IMG/VR virus record: IMGVR_UViG_3300042445_001604
Span: 19,367-83,366 of that record
From: a virus
Strand: one strand, 5' to 3'
Length of the DNA stretch: 64,000 bases
Both the position numbers and the translations under genes were made by a program. Under the pieces are notes generated by a model that was given only the letters and a program-made list of their open reading frames with translations, did no database searches and was not told the origin of the DNA. Positions 55,470-63,907 of the stretch are shown in pieces (the first letter of the stretch is position 1; each line of letters opens with the position of its first letter).

Positions 55470-56225
55470 TTAGCGGATGTCAAATAGTTGGTCTAATGAC
55501 GGTGAGTCGGGCTGGCCCGTTGCTTGGGGACCGTAACCGATGTGCCGCTGCCACTTCGCATATGCGCTTCGAGTGTGAGCATCAAAAACTCCCCTTCGAG
55601 CATCACGAAGGCCAACCTTTATTGAAAGTTGAATTTGAATCTCGGCTACTTCACTGAACGATTGGTTAGTAAGAGATGCGTTGACTTTGGCGATGTACTC
55701 AGATGCACGGTCAGGAGTATATGTGAAGTTGAGTTTCATGTCGGTGCTGCGTGCTTTGTGCGCTGGACGGGCGAAGGCAAGAACATCCGTTATATAACGA
55801 ACACGCTCATAGACTCCGTCTTTATCGCGGGAACCACGAGGCAGGCCAGAGTCGGTTTGCGCTTCGACCGCTTTGAAGGAACGGTTCAACTTCCAATTTG
55901 TTGTGTCGGTGATGAGCCCAACATGTGGTTGTCCCAGTGTGTCCTCGGTTGGGAATGCGTAGAAGACGACATCCCCCTTCTTCGGTTTGCGGAAGAGTCG
56001 GTTGCGTTGTACGAAGTACGAAAGTGCGGAAGGCGTATATGCGAAGGAGGGGACATCAAGGCTCGCCGTTGAATCGAGGAAGACGACGTCGAGGAAGGAA
56101 CCAGCCCATGTCTGGTTTGGCAGGCCGACTCGGTTACCGTAGACGGAGTTACGGTTGGACTGCGCGACGTACCCGATGTGACGGCTCGCCGTCTCAACGG
56201 TTAGGTGTCGGTCGCGTTTAGTCAT
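55470..56225 (-). CDS. CHAP-like domain + peptidoglycan-binding domain protein, catalytic Cys apparently replaced
   Basis: HIGY...WAGSF...PKKGDVVFY...HVGLI...VEAQT; C-terminal GVFDAHTRSAYAKWQ. Confidence 0.7.
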   Translation of the reverse strand: MTKRDRHLTVETASRHIGYVAQSNRNSVYGNRVGLPNQTWAGSFLDVVFLDSTASLDVPSFAYTPSALSYFVQRNRLFRKPKKGDVVFYAFPTEDTLGQPHVGLITDTTNWKLNRSFKAVEAQTDSGLPRGSRDKDGVYERVRYITDVLAFARPAHKARSTDMKLNFTYTPDRASEYIAKVNASLTNQSFSEVAEIQIQLSIKVGLRDARRGVFDAHTRSAYAKWQRHIGYGPQATGQPDSPSLDQLFDIR

Positions 56226-56409
56226 GGGAGTTCTTAATCATAATGCGAAGTGACATCAGAATATGTTCGGCTTGGAAGGCGATGCGTGTTGACTCGGTTA
56301 GTTGTTCACGGTTCTGTGAGTTTGTTATAGCACGTTGGCACGCCGTTAGATGCTCGTGGGCCAAGAGCACGATGTCGTGGATGTTGAGGTTGGTATCTAA
56401 GTTGTTCAT
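56218..56409 (-). CDS. hypothetical protein (63 aa)
   Basis: ATGA-coupled between neighbours. Confidence 0.7.
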   Translation of the reverse strand: MNNLDTNLNIHDIVLLAHEHLTACQRAITNSQNREQLTESTRIAFQAEHILMSLRIMIKNSHD

Positions 56410-57317
56410 GGACGGTCATCTTCCTGTACGACTTCCGCCGCAACTATGTTCGAATCCTCGGGGGAAGGCTCGCCGTCTTCGTCGTCCTCTACCCTCGCCG
56501 TTGTCTCGAGAATCTCAAGAGAACGAGCACCCTCGGCTAGTTTACGTAGACGGTCTGCAATGAGGATGGCTGCGGAGGCAGGGTCAGCGGTTAGGTTCGC
56601 ATCAATTTCAAAACCAGCACGCACGCCTGCACGGTCTAAGATTTCGGTGGCTGCTTTCAGACGGACCTGCTCGGAGTCAGCAGAGTCGAGAAGATACTCT
56701 ATAACATCGGCTGCGGTTACCGCTGCTTGCTGAATACGGTCGCGAGCCCGTTGAACAGACACGCCCGCAGCCATGTTCCTCGTACCGAGGTGGATACGAC
56801 ACAGGCCCGCATCGGTTGTACGGCCCGCTGACCACAGAAGGCAACGGTTACCGTCAGCCTTCACAGCGGTACAACGGCTGGGAGGGTTTTCAATCTTCGG
56901 TTTGGGATTGGTCTGAGGGTTATCTTGATACTTGACAAACTTACGAGTGGAGGCCAGCACCCACGCAGGTACGAGGTTGTCGGCTTCCTTCTCGGCAACC
57001 AAGTCCCAACCACTGAGGTAGTCGGAGTTGAAGTTCTTGGGGTCAACCAAGATAGGGGCACGGTCAAGGGCAGCCTGTTCGGCACGAGCGGACTGCATCT
57101 CCGAAGAGATAACTTCTATATTGCTAGAGAGGCTACCGTCGGAGTTGTAGACCTGACGCCACGCCATCTTGTGCTTCCGAAGAATCTTACGGTTCTCCGC
57201 AGTATCGAGACAGACGCCACGGTCAACTTCTTCGATATCAAAAGTTGATAGGTCGGGACGCAAGTTTATCGGCGTATCGACTTCGGGTAGGTCTGGCTGT
57301 TCGTCTATGTTAGACAT
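56406..57317 (-). CDS. probable terminase small subunit-like protein
   Basis: RCTA..ADGNRC...LCRIHLG Zn module plus SEQVRLKAATEILDRAG helical motif, recalled from actinophage TerS-like proteins. Confidence 0.6.
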   Translation of the reverse strand: MSNIDEQPDLPEVDTPINLRPDLSTFDIEEVDRGVCLDTAENRKILRKHKMAWRQVYNSDGSLSSNIEVISSEMQSARAEQAALDRAPILVDPKNFNSDYLSGWDLVAEKEADNLVPAWVLASTRKFVKYQDNPQTNPKPKIENPPSRCTAVKADGNRCLLWSAGRTTDAGLCRIHLGTRNMAAGVSVQRARDRIQQAAVTAADVIEYLLDSADSEQVRLKAATEILDRAGVRAGFEIDANLTADPASAAILIADRLRKLAEGARSLEILETTARVEDDEDGEPSPEDSNIVAAEVVQEDDRP

Positions 57318-57473
57318 TGTTTGTTAGAACTTCCAATCGGGGCTGAAAAGTTTTTTTGCGCCTGGTGAACGACCGGGCAGGCTTTTTGCCATGTTTATAT
57401 AAGACTGATGATAGCACGTAATTACCAACATACGACAAAACCCCATCCGAAGATGGGGCTTGTCGGTTAGCGA

Positions 57474-57578
57474 CTAGGGCGCTATTGGTACGTAGATACT
57501 GCCAATCCAGCCGAGCAGTGCCCAGAATCCGCAGTACAGCAAAATTGCTACGGTTATGCCTTCGAGTATCTTATCCAT
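57474..57578 (-). CDS. 34-aa single-TM peptide
   Basis: Overlaps the M23 stop; hydrophobic; terminator follows. Confidence 0.5.
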   Translation of the reverse strand: MDKILEGITVAILLYCGFWALLGWIGSIYVPIAP

Positions 57579-58188
57579 CGAATCTCTTGACCTTGTTTGC
57601 TTTGAGCCACTTCTCGGGGTCAATGGCGTAGCCGTCGACGTATACCCCGAAGTGGAGGTGGTAGGCGGTTGTCGTGCCCGTTAGTCCGACCTTGCCAATC
57701 TTCTGCCCCGGTATTACGCTGTCTCCGACCTTGACGGTTTGAGAGCCTCGAATGAGGTGAGCATAGACGGTTTGAATTCCGCCCAAGTCGGGGTGACTAA
57801 TTAGCACGATGGAGCCGAGGCCACCACCATTGTCTGCTACTTCAATAACCGTTCCGTTGAATACGGCGCGGACGGTTGAACCCTTGGGCTGGAGGAAGTC
57901 AATACCTTGGTGGTTTGTCGAACATGCGTTACACGCCTTTGCTCGGTAACCAAAGTCTGACGACATTGTTTCAAATCCTGCGTCGACTGGATAGACAATC
58001 CACGTTGGTGCAAATTCTTCTTTCACAATCGGTTCTTGCCTAACGTCTTTTGCTGTCACTCTTTGAACTTGGTCCATCTCTTCAAGCATCTCCGCGTTTG
58101 CGGGTGTCGCCATCAATAGGGTTTGTAGTGTTATGAAACTCATCGCCACTACCGCGCTGTAAATTCGCTTTCTCGCACGTGCATTCAC
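57571..58188 (-). CDS. secreted M23-family peptidase
   Basis: HQGID, YAHL, HLHF motifs; signal peptide ending PANA; GTG start after GGAAAGG. Confidence 0.9.
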   Translation of the reverse strand: MNARARKRIYSAVVAMSFITLQTLLMATPANAEMLEEMDQVQRVTAKDVRQEPIVKEEFAPTWIVYPVDAGFETMSSDFGYRAKACNACSTNHQGIDFLQPKGSTVRAVFNGTVIEVADNGGGLGSIVLISHPDLGGIQTVYAHLIRGSQTVKVGDSVIPGQKIGKVGLTGTTTAYHLHFGVYVDGYAIDPEKWLKANKVKRFDG

Positions 58189-58363
58189 ACTGATACACCT
58201 TTCCGTTGTCCGCAGAGAGGTCACCTCGACAAGTCAAATGATAGCCAGTCATACACCAGCCACACAAATAAGTATTTACGTTTGCCGAGATAGCCTTCCC
58301 GCTATCCGTTTCCGTTGGAGTGACTTCAGTTGAAGTCGTCGTCTTTTGCTTCTGCGTTGTCAT
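58082..58363 (-). CDS. possible small Cys-rich protein overlapping the M23 start
   Basis: CGWC..G.H..C...CECTC; overlaps both neighbours. Confidence 0.4.
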   Translation of the reverse strand: MTTQKQKTTTSTEVTPTETDSGKAISANVNTYLCGWCMTGYHLTCRGDLSADNGKVYQCECTCEKANLQRGSGDEFHNTTNPIDGDTRKRGDA

Positions 58364-58700
58364 TTGACCCGTCTTCTTTTGAGTGCATGGACTTTGCCAT
58401 CCACTGGTCTAGGGCATCTCCCAACTCCTTGAAAGTAAGTTGTTCGATTTCATCAATCTTGCGCGGGTCCATCTGGGCAAGTTTGAAAAGTTTTAGAGTC
58501 TTGAACATTTGTGCAGGACCCTCTGTTGCGAATACCGATACTACACGGGAGCCCGGCATGTCCTTGATGGATACTACTGTGCCTGAAAAGGCTTTCGTAT
58601 CAATCTCCACGAACTGCATCGCATCCTCCGCATATAACTCGGTTGTGTCCGTAGTCGGACTCGAGGGAGTCTTTTCCCCCTCTTGCTTGCGTTCTACCAC
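58326..58700 (-). CDS. hypothetical protein (124 aa)
   Basis: TTGACA promoter and ACGAAAGGA RBS embedded in the upstream gene. Confidence 0.7.
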   Translation of the reverse strand: MVERKQEGEKTPSSPTTDTTELYAEDAMQFVEIDTKAFSGTVVSIKDMPGSRVVSVFATEGPAQMFKTLKLFKLAQMDPRKIDEIEQLTFKELGDALDQWMAKSMHSKEDGSNDNAEAKDDDFN

Positions 58701-59058
58701 TATACATCCTTTCGTCATTATCTAGGGCTACAGAATATACCCGCCCTGATACCTTGTCAAGTTGAGCACCGCACAACTCGCATTCATCTATCAATAATAC
58801 CACTTTTGCCCCAGATTCTAGGGCTTTTTGGCATGCTCCCTCGAGTGCGTGGGGATAGTCGGCACCTCTTGAAGTCCACTTAAAATACTGGAATTTGTCT
58901 GTCCAAACAACTGCTCTGGCTTCTCCTCCTGCACACTTACAGGGGTACTTTTTGACCGTTGTGAAGTCGATACACCGTGAGTATTCTGTGCCAATCAACT
59001 CGTGTTTGCCTAGTGAGTGCCCGCACGCACAGATTTCGTTGTTTGAACCTTTAGCCAC
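58600..59058 (-). CDS. Zn-finger protein, tandem paralog of 59051..59533
   Basis: CxCGHS..H...CxC...HAL...CxxCG...N..CxGC shared pattern. Confidence 0.7.
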   Translation of the reverse strand: MAKGSNNEICACGHSLGKHELIGTEYSRCIDFTTVKKYPCKCAGGEARAVVWTDKFQYFKWTSRGADYPHALEGACQKALESGAKVVLLIDECELCGAQLDKVSGRVYSVALDNDERMYSGRTQARGGKDSLESDYGHNRVICGGCDAVRGD

Positions 59059-59533
59059 CGAGACATCCCGCGCACAGCATTGCGTTGTATTGACTTGGTC
59101 GGTCTACTTGTATGCCGTTTGCCTCGAGTGCTACGGGGTGAATGTTTTCTCCAGTCCCGCACTTCCAACAGACTTTTCCTGCATCGAGCCATTCGACTGC
59201 GAATCCAGATGCCAATGACTCTGCCACTCCCAGCCACAGTGCGTGTAACTTTCCACCACCTACGGTCTTGCGTGTGAACTTGCGTGCGTTCTCTGCTACT
59301 AACACGGGAACAAAACTCTTGCACGGACATGCCATTCGTGAGGGTCGGCAATCTCCGTATCCTGCTTCTGCTGTCAGTCTGCGTGCACTATCTCGAGATA
59401 ACTCTGCGTGTGCTCCTGCGGAGTGTCCACAAATACACACTCTCTTGTCACGGGCTGAACTTCCTCCGCGCTGGTCTGCCTGTTCCAAAATTGCCTTCGC
59501 CTCTTCGGGCGTCAGGTCAAAAATGCTGTTCAT
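59051..59533 (-). CDS. Zn-finger protein (leaderless)
   Basis: CICGHS...CPCK...HAL...CWKCG...CAGC. Confidence 0.75.
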   Translation of the reverse strand: MNSIFDLTPEEAKAILEQADQRGGSSARDKRVCICGHSAGAHAELSRDSARRLTAEAGYGDCRPSRMACPCKSFVPVLVAENARKFTRKTVGGGKLHALWLGVAESLASGFAVEWLDAGKVCWKCGTGENIHPVALEANGIQVDRPSQYNAMLCAGCLGG

Positions 59534-59700
59534 ACAAAAACCATACCACACCCAGCCCCTAAAATCAAAATGAAACCCAAGTTAGATATGATTACAGTTT
59601 CCAATTCATTACTAACTTATTTCCCGCCATGTAGGCAATTTATTCCCTGGGCGGGGTGTTAGTTTTCTAGTTAGTAATGTATTGGATTTGGTAATCACCG

Positions 59701-59738
59701 TTCATATTATTCATATTTATTCATATTTATTCATATCC
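59701..59738. repeat. AT-rich tandem repeat, four TTCATAT units
   Basis: ttcatattattcatatttattcatatttattcatatcc within an AT-rich intergenic stretch. Confidence 0.7.
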
Positions 59739-59863
59739 GTCCGTACTGAACCAAGTACCAGTACCTCATCAAATCACTCATCCACACCCCTGAATATAGA
59801 AAGTTGGCCCCCCGGATTTCTCCAGAGGACCAACATGGTATTCATTTATTCAGTTACAAAGTT

Positions 59864-59968
59864 TTACTTCGACTTCGATTTCATGTTCATAGCAACTATC
59901 ATTGCCGTAATAAACGAAAACGAAATTCCAGCAAAGAGACCTACCAAGAACGACATGATGTCAAACAT
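59864..59968 (-). CDS. 34-aa single-TM peptide
   Basis: MFDIMSFLVGLFAG...; AGGAGGTG RBS. Confidence 0.6.
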   Translation of the reverse strand: MFDIMSFLVGLFAGISFSFITAMIVAMNMKSKSK

Positions 59969-60251
59969 CTACATCACCTCCTGACGTATTTCCGAATCCG
60001 AAAGTACCCGGTAGGCGCTCTTCGGTTGACCGCTCCATCAAATACTTGAGCCATGCACTGTGTGCTGAGACCATGTTGGAGCCGTTGACAATCTCTGACA
60101 AGGCAACATCTCCAGCCTCACGCTCAATGGTAATCCAAACGCCATTACCGCCTGCAGTAGGCGTAAGAGAGTAGACTTCTTTCTCTCCGACACGTCCTAA
60201 AAGAACTACGTCGTAGCCCTCAAACTTACCGCCCATGCCCAAATCACTCAT
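59961..60251 (-). CDS. hypothetical protein (96 aa)
   Basis: Coupled ORF. Confidence 0.65.
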   Translation of the reverse strand: MSDLGMGGKFEGYDVVLLGRVGEKEVYSLTPTAGGNGVWITIEREAGDVALSEIVNGSNMVSAHSAWLKYLMERSTEERLPGTFGFGNTSGGDVDV

Positions 60252-60507
60252 TTTTTGCTCCGTTTCCTTCTTCTTCTGCCAATTCCTTGTAAAAACTGAG
60301 CATATTGGTGGTCATTTCCATCTGATAGAGCATTCCGCACTCTCCGTAGACACGTTCATACAACTTATCAAGTTCACGGGCCATCTTGAATAGAAGACTG
60401 CCATCACTTTCCCCAGTGCCAAAACGGTGACGTTCCCTTGCGATTTGATACGCGCTTTCCACGAGTGCCGCCACGCGCTCTTTCTCGGTAAGTCCGAACT
60501 CTTTCAT
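60244..60507 (-). CDS. hypothetical protein (87 aa)
   Basis: GAGGA RBS. Confidence 0.65.
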   Translation of the reverse strand: MKEFGLTEKERVAALVESAYQIARERHRFGTGESDGSLLFKMARELDKLYERVYGECGMLYQMEMTTNMLSFYKELAEEEGNGAKNE

Positions 60508-60766
60508 GCACTGTCCTCACGTCGATGCCCTCAAACAATCCAACAACTACAGCAGGGGCTTTGGCTCCCGTAGCCTGTACAAATGCGTACCGTTCTACAG
60601 TATCAGCAAACAATCCGCGCCCGTTATGAGCCCCTAAGTGCGCTACAGCGGTGTCTACGTCCATTTTCCAGCCCGAATTAGAGCCAACTACCGCTGGAAC
60701 ACCAGCAGATACCCGTCGAAGGACCCCAATAATGTCTCCAAGGAGCGAATCAACCCGCGTTTCCAT
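60404..60766 (-). CDS. possible HTH-like protein
   Basis: GGAGAG RBS; GIDVRTVHERVRTYRER resembles the HTH in 49919..50215. Confidence 0.5.
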   Translation of the reverse strand: METRVDSLLGDIIGVLRRVSAGVPAVVGSNSGWKMDVDTAVAHLGAHNGRGLFADTVERYAFVQATGAKAPAVVVGLFEGIDVRTVHERVRTYRERARGGTRGKRVSNRKGTSPFWHWGK

Positions 60767-60968
60767 CTCTCCGCCGTAGGAAAACTCTATCCGACCAAGC
60801 ACGGAAACACCGCCTAAACCACCCTCGGTTGCCCACATTTCGGCTATTCCACCGAAATCCGTAAGTTTTTGATTTCTTACGGTAATAAAAATATCGCCAA
60901 CCCAGTACTGTAAAATCAAGGGTTTTCGCCCCTGTACGTAAGTTTTTGATTTCTTGGGGACACTATTT

Positions 60969-61571
60969 TTAGTCTTCTGAGTCGTTTTTAGCCGTTTTGA
61001 AGACCTTGATAGCGATTTTATCGGAGGCAATTGCCAAGAGAACGGGTGCGCCACCAGAGATAACGGCACCAATAATCAACTGCAACTGGTCAGTGGCCGT
61101 CGTCACAACAAAAGTGTGGGCTACGTTGGCAAAGGTCGACACAAGAGTAAATGCGCCAATCGCCAACCATGTTCCCCAGACCTTTTCACCACGTTCACGT
61201 TCAATGAACAAGGACAAGGTGAATGCAATAATTGCCACGTCGAGCATCAGTGGCACAGCAAACTGCAAAGTCGGGTTTGGTCCGACTGCCCACTCGGCTG
61301 CTTCGTAGATACCAAAGAAGGATACGTAGAAGGATGACGCAGCCATTGTGGCAATCAGCACCAGCAGGAGGGATAGCACAAACTGGTTGTCAGCATGGAA
61401 TCTCTTGGCGCGTTTACGGTTAGTAGACGGCTTTGAGGGGAATACTGCCTGAATCGGCGTCTCGATACCAGGAATCACATTGGCGGTTCCTGTTACAGGA
61501 GCAGGCGGTGCGGGAGGAATCCATGCACCGTCTGGGGCAAAGGTAAGTTCATTTCGGTATTCATCTGTCAT
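60969..61571 (-). CDS. DUF2637-like membrane protein
   Basis: Four TM segments; SFFGIYEAA...AVPLMLD motif; leaderless TAGAAT-N6-ATG. Confidence 0.75.
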   Translation of the reverse strand: MTDEYRNELTFAPDGAWIPPAPPAPVTGTANVIPGIETPIQAVFPSKPSTNRKRAKRFHADNQFVLSLLLVLIATMAASSFYVSFFGIYEAAEWAVGPNPTLQFAVPLMLDVAIIAFTLSLFIERERGEKVWGTWLAIGAFTLVSTFANVAHTFVVTTATDQLQLIIGAVISGGAPVLLAIASDKIAIKVFKTAKNDSED

Positions 61572-61622
61572 GCCTACATTCTAGCACCTGCATATCCACC
61601 GTGCAAGTGGTACAATGCAAAT

Positions 61623-61793
61623 ATGGTTTCCTACTGCTCGAATCCCAACTGCGAAGTGCACAACGAGGACCTGTTCCGTCCTCTAGAAGTGGCACCTCTT
61701 ATTAGTTGTTGCCTGTTTATCGCCATCGGCCTCGTCATATTCGTCGCCTCCGTCGTCGGCTCGGTCATTTTCCTTATCAACACAAAGGGATAG
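61623..61793 (+). CDS. small membrane protein (56 aa, leaderless)
   Basis: TACAAT-N7-ATG; C-terminal hydrophobic helix. Confidence 0.6.
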   Translation: MVSYCSNPNCEVHNEDLFRPLEVAPLISCCLFIAIGLVIFVASVVGSVIFLINTKG

Positions 61794-61801
61794 CCACACA
61801 C

Positions 61802-61936
61802 ATGAACATGAATAGGCAATACGCCCTAGCCCTCCTGTCAGCAATTCCCTGCACGGTTCCCAAGGAGCAATGGGCTCTCATTCACGCACTCCTATATATA
61901 GGTGACCAATTGGAAAAATCTGACAACCCGACTTGA
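61802..61936 (+). CDS. 44-aa protein, paralog of 61995..62132
   Basis: ALLYIGDQ motif. Confidence 0.65.
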   Translation: MNMNRQYALALLSAIPCTVPKEQWALIHALLYIGDQLEKSDNPT

Positions 61937-61994
61937 CAAAGATATTTCCACACGCTATTCTCTCTACAACGACACACAACCGAAAGGAAATACC

Positions 61995-62132
61995 GTGCCA
62001 GATAGCAGAAACAAAGAAGGGGCCTTGCGACTTATCTCAGGCTCTACCACCAGCACCGACACCCAAGCGATTGTTTTGGCTCTCCTATATATAGGTGACC
62101 AAATTGAACTCAATGGGCTCAGGGGCGAGTAG
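61995..62132 (+). CDS. 45-aa protein, paralog of 61802..61936
   Basis: TTGACA..TATTCT promoter, CGAAAGGA RBS, ALLYIGDQ. Confidence 0.7.
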   Translation: MPDSRNKEGALRLISGSTTSTDTQAIVLALLYIGDQIELNGLRGE

Positions 62133-62214
62133 CCCAACCCGATTTGACAAATACAATAGCAAGCGCTATCGTATAGATATAACGACAAACACTAACCCGA
62201 AAGGACACAAAACA

Positions 62215-62706
62215 ATGGCTCGTAGATTGACGCCGTTCCAACTAACACTCACCGCAGAGTACGCACCCAAAATGCGCCCCCTGCTCGCTCTTGCCACCAG
62301 GGCATACGGAGCACGCTCCACTATCAGCCCCGCACATGAGGCTTCCCGCGAATACACTCGACTTCTTGTTGAGTTCACCGAAAAGGGTGGTTCGCTTCTC
62401 AACCTCGCAAAGGAACTGAATGTTCAGTATTCGGGAATGCGTCGTCGCGTTATGGCGAACCCGCTCCCCGACCTTACTCGTGGTGCTCCCTCACGTCACA
62501 TCTCGGAGGATGTGTATGACGAGGCGGTTGAACTTATCCGCCTCGCTAAGGAGCACACTCCTAAGGCGTATCACCTTGCTCTGAAGAAGGCGTATGACGA
62601 TGGTCTTAGCCTTTTCCACATCGCACAGCGACTTGGCATGTCGAGCGCTAACCCGCTTTACTTTGGTGTGAACCGTGTCCGTCTCAACGAGGGTGAGGGT
62701 AAGTAA
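62215..62706 (+). CDS. double helix-turn-helix DNA-binding protein
   Basis: GGSLLNLAKELNVQYSGMRRRV and GLSLFHIAQRLGM; related to 26976 and 34946. Confidence 0.8.
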   Translation: MARRLTPFQLTLTAEYAPKMRPLLALATRAYGARSTISPAHEASREYTRLLVEFTEKGGSLLNLAKELNVQYSGMRRRVMANPLPDLTRGAPSRHISEDVYDEAVELIRLAKEHTPKAYHLALKKAYDDGLSLFHIAQRLGMSSANPLYFGVNRVRLNEGEGK

Positions 62707-62708
62707 CC

Positions 62709-63065
62709 ATGAGCGAACAAGCACCCCTCTTTCCAGTCTATAAGGTCATGGTGTCTTTTCCTATGCGGGTAGTAGACAACTTTGCATCCTACACTGACGA
62801 CAGTGCCACTGCCAAGAAATTGTTGGACTGTGCCAAAGCGTTTATGTCAAGAGAAGACAAAGAAGACTACATCCGCAAGAACATCACTTTTGAGTTTCTT
62901 GATGATGAAGAGACACCGACCGATGAAGAGTTGGATGACAGCGTCCTCATGTCAGCAGACTATCTTGAGTTCCTCAAGACGATGATGGATAACGGACTTA
63001 TGCCTCTGCCCCCCGGCTATACTCCCAACTCCACCCCCAAGAAAAACAAAAAGAAGAAGAAGTAG
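62709..63065 (+). CDS. hypothetical protein (118 aa)
   Basis: Coupled ORF with basic tail. Confidence 0.75.
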   Translation: MSEQAPLFPVYKVMVSFPMRVVDNFASYTDDSATAKKLLDCAKAFMSREDKEDYIRKNITFEFLDDEETPTDEELDDSVLMSADYLEFLKTMMDNGLMPLPPGYTPNSTPKKNKKKKK

Positions 63066-63067
63066 TC

Positions 63068-63271
63068 ATGGGCGTTCAAGCACCTATCGACCCACCCAAC
63101 GAGGGTGGCTACCAAGATGGAGAGTGGGAGTGCCCCGACTGCGGGAACTTCACGGCTACCAGCGAGTGGGTGGAGATGGCTGGTCGCAACCACGCAATCA
63201 TTACCACCATCTGCAACGTCTGCGAGTACCAGAAGACTGACGAAGACTACTCGTACGGATACGACGGATGA
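63068..63271 (+). CDS. small Zn-ribbon protein
   Basis: CPDC...CNVC. Confidence 0.7.
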   Translation: MGVQAPIDPPNEGGYQDGEWECPDCGNFTATSEWVEMAGRNHAIITTICNVCEYQKTDEDYSYGYDG

Positions 63272-63501
63272 TTCGGCGCATATTCACCGAGGAGGAAGTA
63301 TTCGACCTCGAACTCAAGGCTCATGGTCAAGTTCAGTACGACCTTGGGCTTAGCGCCGAGCGTCTGCACATCATTGCCCTGCTTGAGGAGTACTTTGACT
63401 TGACTCGTTTCTCTGTCGAAGTTGAAGGTGCATCGGAGAACAAAGAGTGGGACGCTGGCTTTCAATCAGCAATTGCACTTATCAAGGGAGAGAACAAATG
63501 A
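63268..63501 (+). CDS. ERxRII-family small protein
   Basis: AERLHIIALL...IALIKGENK. Confidence 0.75.
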   Translation: MIRRIFTEEEVFDLELKAHGQVQYDLGLSAERLHIIALLEEYFDLTRFSVEVEGASENKEWDAGFQSAIALIKGENK

Positions 63502-63665
63502 TATCTAAGTCACTCACTCCCCTCCGCCAGAAGGATATACGGACGGGCGCAGAGCAGGAGCGTAAGCGCATCCTCGCATACCTAGAAAAACTGTACGACG
63601 ACGAGTATGGGAGAACCCTGACGCTCGGCAAAGTTATTTGGCTTATCAAGGAAGAGAACAAATGA
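63498..63665 (+). CDS. ERxRII-family small protein
   Basis: QERKRILAYL...IWLIKEENK; ATGA overlap. Confidence 0.75.
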   Translation: MISKSLTPLRQKDIRTGAEQERKRILAYLEKLYDDEYGRTLTLGKVIWLIKEENK

Positions 63666-63907
63666 TTAAGTTTGAACACAACATGCTGGTCTTGAACAAT
63701 TCATTCTCGCAAGAGGATGTTGAACAAATCAACGACTACGCAGATTACGTTCGCAGTCAAGAGCGCGAGCGCATCATCGCACTAATCGAATCCAAGGATG
63801 AATGGCACTATGCGTTTTCAGACGTCTCTGATGTTATTGCGCTTATCAAGGGAGAGGGCAACTGGGCGGAGTCCGTTCAGGAGATGAAGAAGGATTGGCC
63901 CGAATGA
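63662..63907 (+). CDS. ERxRII-family small protein
   Basis: QERERIIALI...IALIKGE. Confidence 0.75.
   Translation: MIKFEHNMLVLNNSFSQEDVEQINDYADYVRSQERERIIALIESKDEWHYAFSDVSDVIALIKGEGNWAESVQEMKKDWPE

Noticed and set aside
58190-58325. c-di-AMP (ydaO) riboswitch upstream of the M23 peptidase
   Set aside because: Conserved ydaO sequence elements were not seen.
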